Shown here in pieces: positions 63,121 to 64,000 of a stretch of DNA of 64,000 bases. Numbering within the stretch: position 1 is the first letter of the stretch; every line of letters starts with the position of its first letter. The notes beneath the pieces were generated by a model. It had not been told where the DNA came from. It did no database searches and saw nothing but the letters and a program-made list of their open reading frames with translations. The position numbers and the translations under genes are program-made. Source of the DNA: Callorhinchus milii (taxonomy: Eukaryota); assembly GCF_018977255.1 (NCBI RefSeq), contig NW_024704743.1, positions 6,636,001 through 6,700,000 of the forward strand, written 5' to 3'.

Positions 63121-63537
63121 GTGGAACCCTGTAGCATATTGGTTAGAGCACTCGCCTCGCAAATGAGAAGACCTGGGTTTGATTCTCGGGCGGGGCGAAA
63201 CCTAAGGCAAGCTTCCTTAATCCACACCTAGCAGTAATTAGGAAATAGATTGCTAGTCGATTGGTGGATTGCTTTTCGGGGGGAATAATCCCTTCAAAAA
63301 AAAATTTAAAAAATAATAATTTGTTTATTTAATTATAGTAATAATAATATAATTAAAATATATACTGGACTAATGGATATGCTACAGGACTGTGGGACAC
63401 TGTTGTGCCCAATTGGCTGCCGTATTTCGCCCACAAAATATAGTCAATTAATTTTACAATATATTCTGTGAAGCGCTTTGAGACGTCTCGAAGAAGTGAT
63501 AAGGCGCTATATCAAATCCAAGGATTATTATATTATT
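63121..63537 (+). mobile_element. tRNA-Ala DeuSINE, long subfamily, with an internal copy of its own 5' flank
   Basis: Family match; 63060-63124 is repeated at 63328-63395. Confidence 0.85.
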
Positions 63538-64000
63538 CCAGCACTTTCTCCTACTTTGACTAATCAGAACAATGTTTCTGTACTGGAAAATGTTTATATC
63601 TAGTACTACTTTTCTTTGTACATCTATATTACATAAGAATTGAGCTCCTTTAAATAATAATGAATAATAATAATAATCCTTGCATTTAATATAGCTCCTA
63701 TCACATCGTTGAGACGTCTCAAAGCACTTCACAGATGCTGATCATAAACTGCAAGTTGTACATCCAAAAATTCCATCTGGATCATCAGTGCCCTGTTTCT
63801 TGGTATAGAAATCATCCTAGTGCACATTCGAGTCATTGTATCATCACTTAGGAATTGACTTACTTTGATCATTTAAAAATACTATTGCCAGCTCCTGGTA
63901 AACACGCAACAATCTAAACCATTTTGATTAAAGAATTCCATTGCACTAAATGACTTCCTGATCGTTCTTATTATACGGAATTCCTTATCTAGTCTTAAAA

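Overview
Repeat-rich vertebrate genomic DNA. The L2/CR1 LINE, DeuSINE and Penelope-type repeat content points to a cartilaginous fish, possibly a holocephalan (inference). One protein-coding gene is supported: the 5' part of ODAD2 (ARMC4, outer dynein arm docking complex subunit 2) on the minus strand. Nine coding exons were reconstructed by hand between 50905 and 12344, with GT-AG junctions and consistent phases, giving 1422 nt (474 codons). The gene continues beyond the window start. Its promoter lies in a CpG island near 56.0-57.0 kb with RFX X-boxes and an NRF1 site. Nearly all other ORFs in the track are decayed retroelements, simple repeats or chance. Most notable observations: (1) a tRNA-Ala-headed DeuSINE whose 3' stem-loop keeps its stem while the loop varies, the youngest copies matching the loop of the young L2 LINE; (2) a TSD-flanked Penelope-type palindrome with a decayed hammerhead ribozyme core; (3) a 64-nt pre-miRNA-like hairpin that pairs fully only on the ODAD2 sense strand; (4) two X-box/donor modules suggesting alternative first exons; (5) GC-shifted repeats and a graded G-rich minisatellite beside the promoter. 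No clearly novel protein-coding system was found. Family names and protein similarities are from recall, not database searches.
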